Shown one piece after another: positions 56,295 to 64,000 of a DNA stretch of 64,000 nucleotides. Position 1 is the stretch's first letter; each line of letters begins with the position of its first letter. Position numbers and translations under genes: made by a program. Under the pieces are notes generated by a model. The model was not told the origin of the DNA. It saw only the letters and a program-made list of their open reading frames with translations, and made no database searches. Source of the stretch: Thermoanaerobaculia bacterium (GTDB lineage: Bacteria > Acidobacteriota > Thermoanaerobaculia > Multivoradales > J023); the NCBI GenBank assembly GCA_030431255.1, contig JAUIJL010000006.1, positions 468,613 through 532,612 of the forward strand. Direction: 5' to 3'.

Positions 56295-57145
56295 GATCTT
56301 GGATTCTCCAAAGTCTCTAAATAGGCGGTAAGACCGCAAATCCAGGGCTCTACGACGCGTCCTGTGGCGGTCTGGAATGTCTCAACATCTAAAACTGAGT
56401 AGGCTGGGCGCGGTGCCGGTCGGGGGAATTCCGAGGTCGGAACGGGTAAGACCTCGGCGCCTGGAGCGACGGCTCGTGCGATTTCCGTGGCGAAACCGTG
56501 CCATGAGACCGCGTCCCGATTCCCATAGTGCACCATGCCGGTGGTGCCCGCCGAAAGCAAATCCCAAAGGGCTCGTGCCACAAAGGGAGTGTAGGTGGGA
56601 CGCCCTATTTGGTCGTCCACCACCTTCAGCGGAGCCTTGCCTTCGAGCAAAAGTCGGCGGATCGTGGCGGCGAAATTGGGCCCGCCCGGGCCGAAAAGCC
56701 AGCTGGCTCGCACAACGAGTGCGCGATCATAACGCAATGCGTGGCTTTCGCCCACGAGCTTTCCGCGTCCATAGGCTGATTTTGGGCCGGTCGGCGCGGT
56801 TTCTAGGATCGGAGAGTCGGCTTGGCCGTCGAAAACGTAGTCGCTGGAGATGTGGACCAAGCGGGCGTTGATGGCGGCTGCAGCCTCGGCTAAGTCCGCG
56901 ACCGCGTGGCCATTGATGCGAGTGGCGAGCTCTTCCTGGGTCTCACAATCGTCCACCCGGGTGAAGGCGGCACAATTGACGATGACTTCCGGGCGAAAGC
57001 GTTCGACCCACTCTCGGATCTGTTGGGCTTGGGAGATGTCGGCTTGGACGCGGCTCAGGGCCAGAACGGTAGCACCTTGAAGGCGCCAGTAACGGGTGAC
57101 CGCCCGGCCGAGCATGCCGGCGCCGCCGAAAACCAAAGTACGCAT
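56291..57145 (-). CDS. rfbD: dTDP-4-dehydrorhamnose reductase family protein
   Basis: MRTLVFGGAGMLG, VIVNCAAFTRVDDCE and HISSDYVFDG..PKSAYGRGKLVGE are typical of RmlD. Confidence 0.85.
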   Translation of the reverse strand: MRTLVFGGAGMLGRAVTRYWRLQGATVLALSRVQADISQAQQIREWVERFRPEVIVNCAAFTRVDDCETQEELATRINGHAVADLAEAAAAINARLVHISSDYVFDGQADSPILETAPTGPKSAYGRGKLVGESHALRYDRALVVRASWLFGPGGPNFAATIRRLLLEGKAPLKVVDDQIGRPTYTPFVARALWDLLSAGTTGMVHYGNRDAVSWHGFATEIARAVAPGAEVLPVPTSEFPRPAPRPAYSVLDVETFQTATGRVVEPWICGLTAYLETLENPRS

Positions 57146-57163
57146 AGTAGATGAGGGACGAGG

Positions 57164-58237
57164 TCAGGAAACGCCGACCTCTGAGTTGTCGCCCAACATA
57201 AAGCGGTAGGCCTTAGGTTTGGCGGGGGATTTCACGATGCGGGCGTTCTTGCCCACGAGGGAGCCGTCGATGCGCACGGGGATGTCGCGGATCTCGCTGT
57301 TGGAGAGCACGATCGAATTTTCGATCTCGCTGTCGGCGATCACACAGCCGTCACCGATGGCGGAGTAGGGGCCGACGAAGGCATTTTCAATACGGGCGCC
57401 GTCACCGATGACCGCCGGGCCCCGGATGACGGAGTTGATCAGCTGCACGTCTTTGCCGATGCCGATTCGGCCCTCGAGGATGGTGCCGTCGCCGTGTTGG
57501 CCGTGTTGGCGCTTGAGGTCGTAGCTTTCGAGCACGATGCGGTTGGCTTCGAGCATGTCCTCAAGCTTGCCGGTGTCCTTCCACCATCCGCGGACCTTGT
57601 GGGGATGCACGCTCAAGTCGCGGTCGATCAGATCCTGGATGGCGTCGGTGATCTCGAGCTCGCCCCGGGCAGAAGGTTTGATGTTTTTGACCGAGTCGAA
57701 GATGTTTTTGTCGAACATATAAACGCCGACCAACGCCAAATTGCTCTTGGGCTCTTTGGGCTTTTCGGTGAGCCGCTCGATGGTCTCGCCGTCGGCGGTC
57801 AGCTCGGCGACGCCGAATTGCTGGGGGTTGGGAACCTCCGCCAGCAGGATTTGGGCGTTGCACCTCAGATCTTGGAACTCGGTGACCAGACTGGCGATGC
57901 CGCCGGCAATGAGGTTGTCGCCCAAGTACATGACGAAGGAGTCGTCACCGATGAAATCCTCGGCGATCATCACCGCGTGAGCCAACCCACGAGGTGCGTC
58001 TTGCTCGATGTAGGTCACCTCGGCGCCGAATTGGGAGCCGTCTCCGACCGCTTCTCGAATCTCGTCTTTGGTGTCGCCGACGATGATTCCGATGTCCGTA
58101 ATGCCGGCGGCGACAATCGACTCGATGCCGAAGAAAAGCACCGGTTTGTTGGCCACGGGCACCAACTGTTTGGCGGAGGTGTAGGTCAGGGGACGCAAAC
58201 GGGTCCCTTTGCCGCCGGAAAGAATTAAACCCTTCAT
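57164..58237 (-). CDS. rmlA: Glucose-1-phosphate thymidylyltransferase, long form (nucleotidyltransferase + left-handed beta-helix)
   Basis: MKGLILSGGKGTRLRPLTYTSAKQLVPVANKPVL plus C-terminal hexapeptide-repeat region. 357 aa, as in the long-form RmlA group. The sugar and nucleotide specificity is not provable from sequence. Confidence 0.8.
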   Translation of the reverse strand: MKGLILSGGKGTRLRPLTYTSAKQLVPVANKPVLFFGIESIVAAGITDIGIIVGDTKDEIREAVGDGSQFGAEVTYIEQDAPRGLAHAVMIAEDFIGDDSFVMYLGDNLIAGGIASLVTEFQDLRCNAQILLAEVPNPQQFGVAELTADGETIERLTEKPKEPKSNLALVGVYMFDKNIFDSVKNIKPSARGELEITDAIQDLIDRDLSVHPHKVRGWWKDTGKLEDMLEANRIVLESYDLKRQHGQHGDGTILEGRIGIGKDVQLINSVIRGPAVIGDGARIENAFVGPYSAIGDGCVIADSEIENSIVLSNSEIRDIPVRIDGSLVGKNARIVKSPAKPKAYRFMLGDNSEVGVS

Positions 58238-58281
58238 ATCTCTATTTCCATGGCTCGGCGTGCTTGTACGGCCGGCACTGT

Positions 58282-58309
58282 AGTTGGCAATTCGTCAGTT
58301 GGCAATTCG
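58282..58309. repeat. Tandem direct 13-mer AGTTGGCAATTCG x2 (15-bp period) upstream of rmlA
   Basis: Exact copies at 58282..58294 and 58297..58309, 45-72 nt upstream of the rmlA start on the minus strand. Confidence 0.8.
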
Positions 58310-58411
58310 AAGACCCGCCTGGATAGGTTCCATCCAGGTGTGGAGCTTCGAGGTTCTGGAAGACCCAGCGACCCGAGCGCGACCCACCGAGAATCCATCT
58401 CTGGATGGGAC

Positions 58412-60826
58412 CTAGTTGAGGGATTCGTTCAAATCTAGGAAGGTTCCTACGTTCTTGAGCGACAGGGAGAAACGAATCTCGCTGTCCTTTGAGTCTGCGT
58501 CCCGGTATTGATGCTCGCGGAACTCCAAGTTCCAGTCGTAGCACTCCGAGATCCACTTGAGCACGTAGCGTTGAGCCAGCAATCGACGCCGATTCAAGGG
58601 TAGAGGGTCGATCAAGTTGTAATTGATTTGGGCGCCGAAGATCACCTTTTCCGGCACCAGCTCCAGGTTGGTGGAGAAACGGATTTGGTTGCTGGTCTCT
58701 CGACCACGCATGATCCCGCCCATGCCGTCGGCGTCGTTGGCCCATTGGGTGAACCAGGAGAGGCCGAAGCCGAATCGATCCGCGATTTTGGTGTTACCGG
58801 AGAAGTTGCGTGAGGTGATCGCGCTGGCCTGGGTGTCGTAACGCAGCTCGAATTTGAAGCTGGTGTCCTCATTCGGATTGACCCGCAAGGTCGAGAAAAT
58901 AGGACCTTCGCTTTGCTCGGTGTCGTCGTTGCCTTCGATGAAGTCGTCGATCACATAGGCCTGGGAAAAGGCCAGGGATGCGATTTCGAAGGCGCCACCC
59001 CCCTCTTCTTCATCTCGGGGTTTTGCCAGCAGCCGATTGACGATCGAAACGACCCCTTGGTTGAGGGGATTGATCAGATCGAGCTCGTCAAAGCGAGACA
59101 ACCGGAAACGCTCCTCGAATTCGTCCACGTAGGTGTATGTGAACCTCGGCTCGATGATGTGCTTGAATTTAGAGTATTTTCCGCCGTCTTTCTCGAAGAC
59201 TCGGGAGAAGCTGGGGCCGACGATCTCGAGCTTGCCGGAGGGCAGGAAGCGGTCCACCGCGTCGCCGTCCAGGGGGTCGTCGTTGAGGGCGTGATCAGGA
59301 TTGTCCGGGTCGTCGAGGGTTTTGGTGTAGTAAGTGTAGCGGGCACCCACCGACAGCTTGGCCGACAGCCAGGGCAGAGTGCTGATCGGAATCGACAGGG
59401 TCGGCGAGAAGTCGGCACGTCCGTATTGCAGGCTTTCGCTGGCGAGCAGGGCGGGCTTTTCCGTGTCGAGATTTTGCTCGTAGCGTTCGAAGTCGGCTTG
59501 GAAGTAGTTCACCGAGCTGGTCAGACTCAGGTAAAGCGGCAGCGAGCCCAGGCGCGTGGAACGCATCCGCCATTCGACCTCCGGCAGCTGGTGAAGAGTC
59601 CTGCGGTTGCTGGTATTGACCGTGGCGCCGGTGTCGTCGGTAATGGTGCCTTCGTCTACCAGCTCCCGGCGATCGACCATGAAGTTCAGAGAATGGGCGC
59701 CGACATTGGAGCTCAAGAAGGCGTTGGAATAAATAAAGGGTTGGGTCTGACGGTCGACGCTGCGCTCGATGTCCCGCAAGTAGTCGAAGTCGGAATAGAG
59801 CTGCAGGTTCACCACGCCGCGAAAGCGGTCCCACACGTTTTTGGTTTCGTGCTGCCACAAAAGCTTCCAACGGTCGTCGCCCAAGACCCGCTCGGGGTCG
59901 AGCAGCTCCCTATTGCTGTCGGTCAGGAAGGCGTCGTCCGGCTCGGTGGTGTAGTAGAGGTCGAAAACGCCCTTGGTGTCTTCGGAGGGTCGGTAACGAT
60001 ATTCCCATCCGGCGCCGTTGAATTCGTTGGTCGAAAGGTCGAGGAAGAAAGTCGTGTCGGCGCTGCGTCCGAGGGTCTTGTAATAAGCGAGGCTCACATG
60101 GGCGCCGCGGCGGTCGGAATAACCGGGTTTCGGCACCAGCCAGCCGGATGTCCGCTCGGTGGTGGCGGGCCACAAGATGTAGGGCGTGTAGAAGACGGGA
60201 ACTTTGCCGAAGCGCAACCGAGCGTTGCGGATCCGGGCGTACTCTTCCATGGTGATGTCGGCTCGGCTCATGGCCAAGCTCCAGCTGGGATCCTCACCTT
60301 CACAGGAGGTGAACATGCCGTTCTCGACCGTGAAGGTCATCGGCCCGACTTTTTCGATCTCGGTGCCGGAGAAATAGAAACCCGGCTGGACCGCCGCCAT
60401 GGCGTTGGTCATTCGACCGGTTTTGGTCTTGAGGTCGTATTCGAGCACGTCGCCGCTCAGGCGCTCGGGACCTTGGTCGAGGATCACGTTGCCCTCGGCG
60501 GTCAGCCGATCGGCGGGAATGTCGAGCCGAATGGTGTCGGCCTCGACCGAAAGATCGCCGTATTTCAGCTCGACGCCCTGGCTGGCGACCAAGATCCGTC
60601 CAGGCTGAAATTGGTAGTCGCCGGCGGATCCGCGGATTCGTCCGCCGGCTCCTTGGGCATCCAGGGCCACGTCAAAGGTGGCGCGGGGTTCTTGATCTTC
60701 CGTGGCTTGCTCGTCGGCTCCAGCCTCTGCTGAATCCTGAGCCAGAACAGGGCCGATGCCGGCCCAAGGAAGCATGATCATCGAAATGGCGGCGATCCGG
60801 GAGGCGAAGGGCAACGCGCGTGTCAT
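58412..60826 (-). CDS. lptD: LPS-assembly outer membrane protein LptD (OstA family)
   Basis: Signal peptide. OstA_N-like segment ADTIRLDIPADRLTAEGNVILDQGPERLSGDVLEYDLKTKTG, followed by a large aromatic-rich beta-barrel region. 804 aa. Confidence 0.75.
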   Translation of the reverse strand: MTRALPFASRIAAISMIMLPWAGIGPVLAQDSAEAGADEQATEDQEPRATFDVALDAQGAGGRIRGSAGDYQFQPGRILVASQGVELKYGDLSVEADTIRLDIPADRLTAEGNVILDQGPERLSGDVLEYDLKTKTGRMTNAMAAVQPGFYFSGTEIEKVGPMTFTVENGMFTSCEGEDPSWSLAMSRADITMEEYARIRNARLRFGKVPVFYTPYILWPATTERTSGWLVPKPGYSDRRGAHVSLAYYKTLGRSADTTFFLDLSTNEFNGAGWEYRYRPSEDTKGVFDLYYTTEPDDAFLTDSNRELLDPERVLGDDRWKLLWQHETKNVWDRFRGVVNLQLYSDFDYLRDIERSVDRQTQPFIYSNAFLSSNVGAHSLNFMVDRRELVDEGTITDDTGATVNTSNRRTLHQLPEVEWRMRSTRLGSLPLYLSLTSSVNYFQADFERYEQNLDTEKPALLASESLQYGRADFSPTLSIPISTLPWLSAKLSVGARYTYYTKTLDDPDNPDHALNDDPLDGDAVDRFLPSGKLEIVGPSFSRVFEKDGGKYSKFKHIIEPRFTYTYVDEFEERFRLSRFDELDLINPLNQGVVSIVNRLLAKPRDEEEGGGAFEIASLAFSQAYVIDDFIEGNDDTEQSEGPIFSTLRVNPNEDTSFKFELRYDTQASAITSRNFSGNTKIADRFGFGLSWFTQWANDADGMGGIMRGRETSNQIRFSTNLELVPEKVIFGAQINYNLIDPLPLNRRRLLAQRYVLKWISECYDWNLEFREHQYRDADSKDSEIRFSLSLKNVGTFLDLNESLN

Positions 60827-60984
60827 CGATTTCCTCAGATGTGGTCTCGGGCTCGACTCGAATCAGAAGTTTCTACCGCGTTGGCGGGATGGTGTCCAGT
60901 GTTTGGCGGGCTGGAAGGCCCGATCCGGCGGATGCGCGGCTGTGAGGCACCCGAACGGCGGGCCTTCCCGGCTAAAAATAGGTC

Positions 60985-62181
60985 TTAGTCCAGGGATTCC
61001 AAAACTACGGAAGTCGCCTCTCCGCCGCCCAGGCAGATACCGGCGCAACCGTAGCGAGCGCCTTTTTCTTTCATTGCGTGGATCAAGGTGACCAGGATTC
61101 TAGCTCCCGAAGCTCCGATCGGGTGGCCGAGGGCTACGGCGCCGCCGCGGACGTTGACCTTCTCCGGATCCAGCTCCAGCTCCTGGATGGCGGCCTGAAC
61201 CACCACCGCGAAGGCTTCGTTGATTTCGAAGACGCCGATATCGTCGAGCGTGAGCCCTGCTTTTTCGACCGCCTTCTGCATGGCGTTGACCGGTGCGGTG
61301 GTGAACCACTCCGGCTCGTGGGAGAAAGTTGCTTGGGAAACGATACGGGCCAGCGGTTTCTTGCCCAGCTTCTCGGCGTGATCGGCGGTGGTTAGTACCA
61401 AAGCCGCGGCGCCGTCGTTGATGGTGCTGGCATTGGCGGCGGTGACGGTGCCGTCTTTTTGGAAGGCGGGGCGCAACGTTTTCAATTTGTCGAAGTTGAC
61501 CCGGGACGGCTCCTCATCGGCTTCGACCACGATCGGATCGCCTTTGCGCTGAGGGACCTCCACCGGCACGATTTCCTCGGCCAAGCGTCCATCCTCGGCA
61601 GCGGCTTGGGCGCGGCGGTAGCTCTCGATCGCAAACGCATCTTGGGATTCGCGGGAAAACTCGTATTTAGAAGCGCAGGTCTCGGCGCAATTGCCCATGT
61701 GCTTGTCACCGTAGATGTCCCACAGGCCGTCGTAGATCATGGAATCGATCAGCTCGCCGTGGCCCAAACGGAGGCCGTCTCGCACGCCTTTGGCCAGGTA
61801 CGGGGCGTTGCTCATGCTCTCCATGCCGCCGGCGGCCACCAGCTCGAATTCTCCGCAGCGCAAATCGTTGGCCGCGCTCATCACGGTGCGCATGCCCGAG
61901 CCACAGACTTTGTTGAGGGTGATCGCGCCGGTCGAGGTCGGGCATCCCGCGCCGAGGGCCGCTTGGCGAGCCGGGGCTTGGCCGACGCCGGCCGGCAGCA
62001 CACAGCCGAGGTAGACCTGATCCAAATCCCCGGGCTCGATTCCCGCGCGCTCGATGGCCCCTGCCAGCGCGGCCGCGCCCAGCTCGGGGGCTCGTTTTTT
62101 CGCCAATGCCCCTTGAAATGAGCCGATGGGGGTGCGGGCGGCGCTTAGGATCACCACGTCCTTCAATCCATTGTTTTTCAT
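60985..62181 (-). CDS. Acetyl-CoA C-acetyltransferase (thiolase II)
   Basis: [16 protein letters not shown], active-site [14 protein letters not shown] and [32 protein letters not shown] 62181 lies 9 nt after GGAG. Confidence 0.93.
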   Translation of the reverse strand: MKNNGLKDVVILSAARTPIGSFQGALAKKRAPELGAAALAGAIERAGIEPGDLDQVYLGCVLPAGVGQAPARQAALGAGCPTSTGAITLNKVCGSGMRTVMSAANDLRCGEFELVAAGGMESMSNAPYLAKGVRDGLRLGHGELIDSMIYDGLWDIYGDKHMGNCAETCASKYEFSRESQDAFAIESYRRAQAAAEDGRLAEEIVPVEVPQRKGDPIVVEADEEPSRVNFDKLKTLRPAFQKDGTVTAANASTINDGAAALVLTTADHAEKLGKKPLARIVSQATFSHEPEWFTTAPVNAMQKAVEKAGLTLDDIGVFEINEAFAVVVQAAIQELELDPEKVNVRGGAVALGHPIGASGARILVTLIHAMKEKGARYGCAGICLGGGEATSVVLESLD

Positions 62182-62510
62182 GCTCGTATGCTCCACGGGC
62201 TGAGATCTCTAAAAGATCGTAGCTTTGTATGTTTTCGGGGGGCGGAGTCCACCGCTTTGCTCGGTGTATTCGGTCGGAGGTCGAATCCGGCCGGAAGCCG
62301 CCTCTGAATAGGGCCTGGAAGGCCTTCTCGGGATATCGTCGGGAGTTTGCGGCGCAAGCCGCGACACGGTCGATGCTAGCATAGCCGAGGGGCCGGAGCA
62401 GGGGCCGAGCGAGCTGTCCGAAATGGACCTCAACGCGGGCCTTCCTGCCGCCGCCGGCACCCACCCATCGGTTGGAGCTTTACGGAGAGCGACCGCTTGA
62501 GAGCATTGGG

Positions 62511-62990
62511 ATGAGAGCACTGGGAATCGACTTTGGGGAACGCCGGATCGGCTTGGCCATTTCAGATCCTCGGGGCCGGCTGGCTTTGCCGTATGGGGTG
62601 CTCGAGCGCCAAACGGATCGTCGCGCGGCCTACCAAATTGCCGCCCTGGCGCGGGATGAGGAGGTCGAGATGTTGGTGCTCGGAGAGCCCGTCGGTCTCG
62701 ACGGCTCCCGAGGAGACAACGTGGATCGGGTAAGGCGGTTCGGGGCTCGCCTGGAGAAGGCCTCGGGATTGCCGATCCGTTATGTCGACGAATCATTGAC
62801 CACCGTGGAAGCCGCCCACCGCTTGGCCGAGGCGGGGCTCGACCGCAGGGATCGAATCGAGCTGAGGGACGCGGTCGCGGCGCAGATCCTCTTGCAGCAA
62901 GCCCTGGACGAGCCACCGTCGAAAGATTCACCGTCGAATGATTCACAGGCAGCCGAGCCACAGCCTCTCAGCGGGGCGGCGGAGGTCTGA
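62511..62990 (+). CDS. ruvX: Holliday junction resolvase-like RuvX (YqgF)
   Basis: MRALGIDFGERRIGLAISD and DESLTTVEA motifs. Start placed at ATG 62511. Confidence 0.88.
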   Translation: MRALGIDFGERRIGLAISDPRGRLALPYGVLERQTDRRAAYQIAALARDEEVEMLVLGEPVGLDGSRGDNVDRVRRFGARLEKASGLPIRYVDESLTTVEAAHRLAEAGLDRRDRIELRDAVAAQILLQQALDEPPSKDSPSNDSQAAEPQPLSGAAEV

Positions 62991-64000
62991 TGGGAGCCCG
63001 CCTTCGACGATTCCTCTGGGTGGTCACGGCTCTTGCCCTCGTCGGCTCGGCGTTGGTGGGTGGCGTGCTGTGGTGGGCGTGGGATCGACTGCACCAACCT
63101 TTTCAAGGTTATGCCGGGGAGGCGGCCTCGGTCGATATCGAGCCTGGCCTGTCGGCGACCAAGATTCTCGGCCGATTGGAGAGCGCGGGGGTGATTCAAG
63201 ACGCCCGACTGGCGCGCCTTTTCCTGATTCACCGGCTGAAGGACCCGTCCCTAAAAGCGGGCGAGTACCGCTTCGATCGGCCGCTCGACACCCCCGGCGT
63301 GCTCGGTATGCTGACCCGGGGTGAGGTGGTTACTCATCCCTTGACCCTGATCGAGGGCTTGACTATCGACGAGACCGCGACGGCGATCGCGGAAGCGGGG
63401 TTCGGCGAGTTGTCGGTGCTTCGTCGAGAAATGAATCGGGTCGATTTGATCGCGGATCTGGATCCCCGGGCTGAGAATCTCGAAGGTTACCTCTATCCAG
63501 AGACCTACCACTTTGCCCGTGGCACTACCGAGAAAGAGATTGTCGACACGCTAGTGGGCACTTTCCGGCGACGCTTCTCGGCCGAGGTGGAACCCTTGTT
63601 GGCGGATTGGGAGCAGCTCGTAGGATTGACCGATATTCGAGACCTGGTCACGCTGGCGAGCATTGTCGAGAAGGAGACCCAGCTCGACGAGGAGCGAGAC
63701 ATCGTCGCCAGTGTCTACCGAAACCGCCTGCGGATCGGCATGGGGCTCTATGCCGATCCGACGTTGATCTACGGCAAGAAGATCGAAGGAACCTGGGACG
63801 GCAACTTGCGTCGGGTGGACTTGAAGACCGATGGCCCCTACAACACCTATATGCGCCCCGGTCTGCCGCCCAGCCCTATCTGCTCGCCTTCGGTGAGCAG
63901 CCTGCTCGCCGCGTTGTTGCCGGCCGAGTCCTCTTATTTCTATTTCGTCAGCCGAAACGACGGCACTCACGTGTTCGCGGAGACCAAGCGGGAGCACGAC
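62990..64000 (+). CDS. mltG: Endolytic murein transglycosylase MltG/YceG (3' end outside window)
   Basis: Not in the ORF track because no stop falls within the window. ATG 62990 overlaps the ruvX stop (TGATG). My manual translation gives MGARLRRFLWVVTALALVG (anchor), LEGYLYPETYHF, ASIVEKETQLDEERDIVASVYRNRLRIGMGLYADPTLIYG and YNTYMRPGLPPSPI. Confidence 0.85.
   Translation, partial: MGARLRRFLWVVTALALVGSALVGGVLWWAWDRLHQPFQGYAGEAASVDIEPGLSATKILGRLESAGVIQDARLARLFLIHRLKDPSLKAGEYRFDRPLDTPGVLGMLTRGEVVTHPLTLIEGLTIDETATAIAEAGFGELSVLRREMNRVDLIADLDPRAENLEGYLYPETYHFARGTTEKEIVDTLVGTFRRRFSAEVEPLLADWEQLVGLTDIRDLVTLASIVEKETQLDEERDIVASVYRNRLRIGMGLYADPTLIYGKKIEGTWDGNLRRVDLKTDGPYNTYMRPGLPPSPICSPSVSSLLAALLPAESSYFYFVSRNDGTHVFAETKREHD

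Noticed and set aside
55266-56324. 352-aa plus-strand ORF opposite gmd; similar antisense ORFs at 47659..48837, 20158..21150 and 57494..58228.
   Set aside because: All are antisense to motif-supported genes and have shadow-frame composition.
58913-60733. 606-aa plus-strand ORF opposite lptD.
   Set aside because: Low-complexity Gly/Val/Ala/Glu translation without motifs. The minus-strand LptD has a signal peptide and an OstA-like N-domain.
62237-62303. tRNA-like fragment (GGTCGAATCC T-loop-like sequence with a partially complementary 7-nt acceptor-like pairing).
   Set aside because: The element is only about 66 nt. The D-arm and anticodon stems do not pair and the T-stem has only 3 bp, so it is not a tRNA gene.

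Overview
High-GC bacterial chromosomal segment (GC judged by eye, not computed). It is densely coding, with 52 CDS called. I saw no rRNA, tRNA, CRISPR array, transposase or integrase. All calls rest on motif recognition in the supplied translations plus manual reading of intergenic DNA; no database search or structure prediction was possible.

Gene order:
1. 1-2.8 kb: atpG(partial)-atpD-atpC.
2. 3-6.7 kb: M23 peptidase, a sulfatase-like alkaline-phosphatase-superfamily lipoprotein and an XRE regulator.
3. 7-31.5 kb: a surface-glycan island. It holds a Wzm/Wzt ABC exporter whose two genes are split by three secreted-protein genes. It also holds a SAM methyltransferase, six GT2/GT4 glycosyltransferases (one fused to a PIG-L deacetylase and a coiled coil), a GT-C-like membrane glycosyltransferase and a GNAT/FemAB-like acyltransferase. 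An ECF sigma/anti-sigma/YbjQ operon lies divergent from a GT2 gene coupled to a PEGA protein with extreme low-complexity sequence.
4. 31.5-50.7 kb: housekeeping and regulatory genes. These are maeB, a CsgG-like protein, a LytS/LytTR two-component pair, an S33 hydrolase, an ADOP-type duplicated FtsX permease, an ankyrin protein, an ECF41-like sigma factor, a threonine dehydratase, and DinB, HD and DUF1232 proteins.
5. 50.8-58.2 kb: a minus-strand operon that runs rmlA(long)-rmlD-gmd-rmd-like-SDR, then a fused polyprenol-kinase/DUF92 membrane protein, then a UbiA prenyltransferase.
6. 58.4-64 kb: lptD, thiolase, ruvX and mltG(partial).

The ADOP permease together with lptD suggests a diderm bacterium, possibly Acidobacteriota (inference only).

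Most interesting items:
- An orphan, apparently highly expressed, monocistronic secreted protein with a long structured leader, embedded inside the split wzm/wzt locus.
- The GT-C-like enzyme, which suggests protein or periplasmic glycosylation.
- The PEGA protein with Ser/Arg-rich and His/Tyr/aromatic-rich tracts.
- The VTE5-like/VTE6-like kinase fusion next to a UbiA prenyltransferase.
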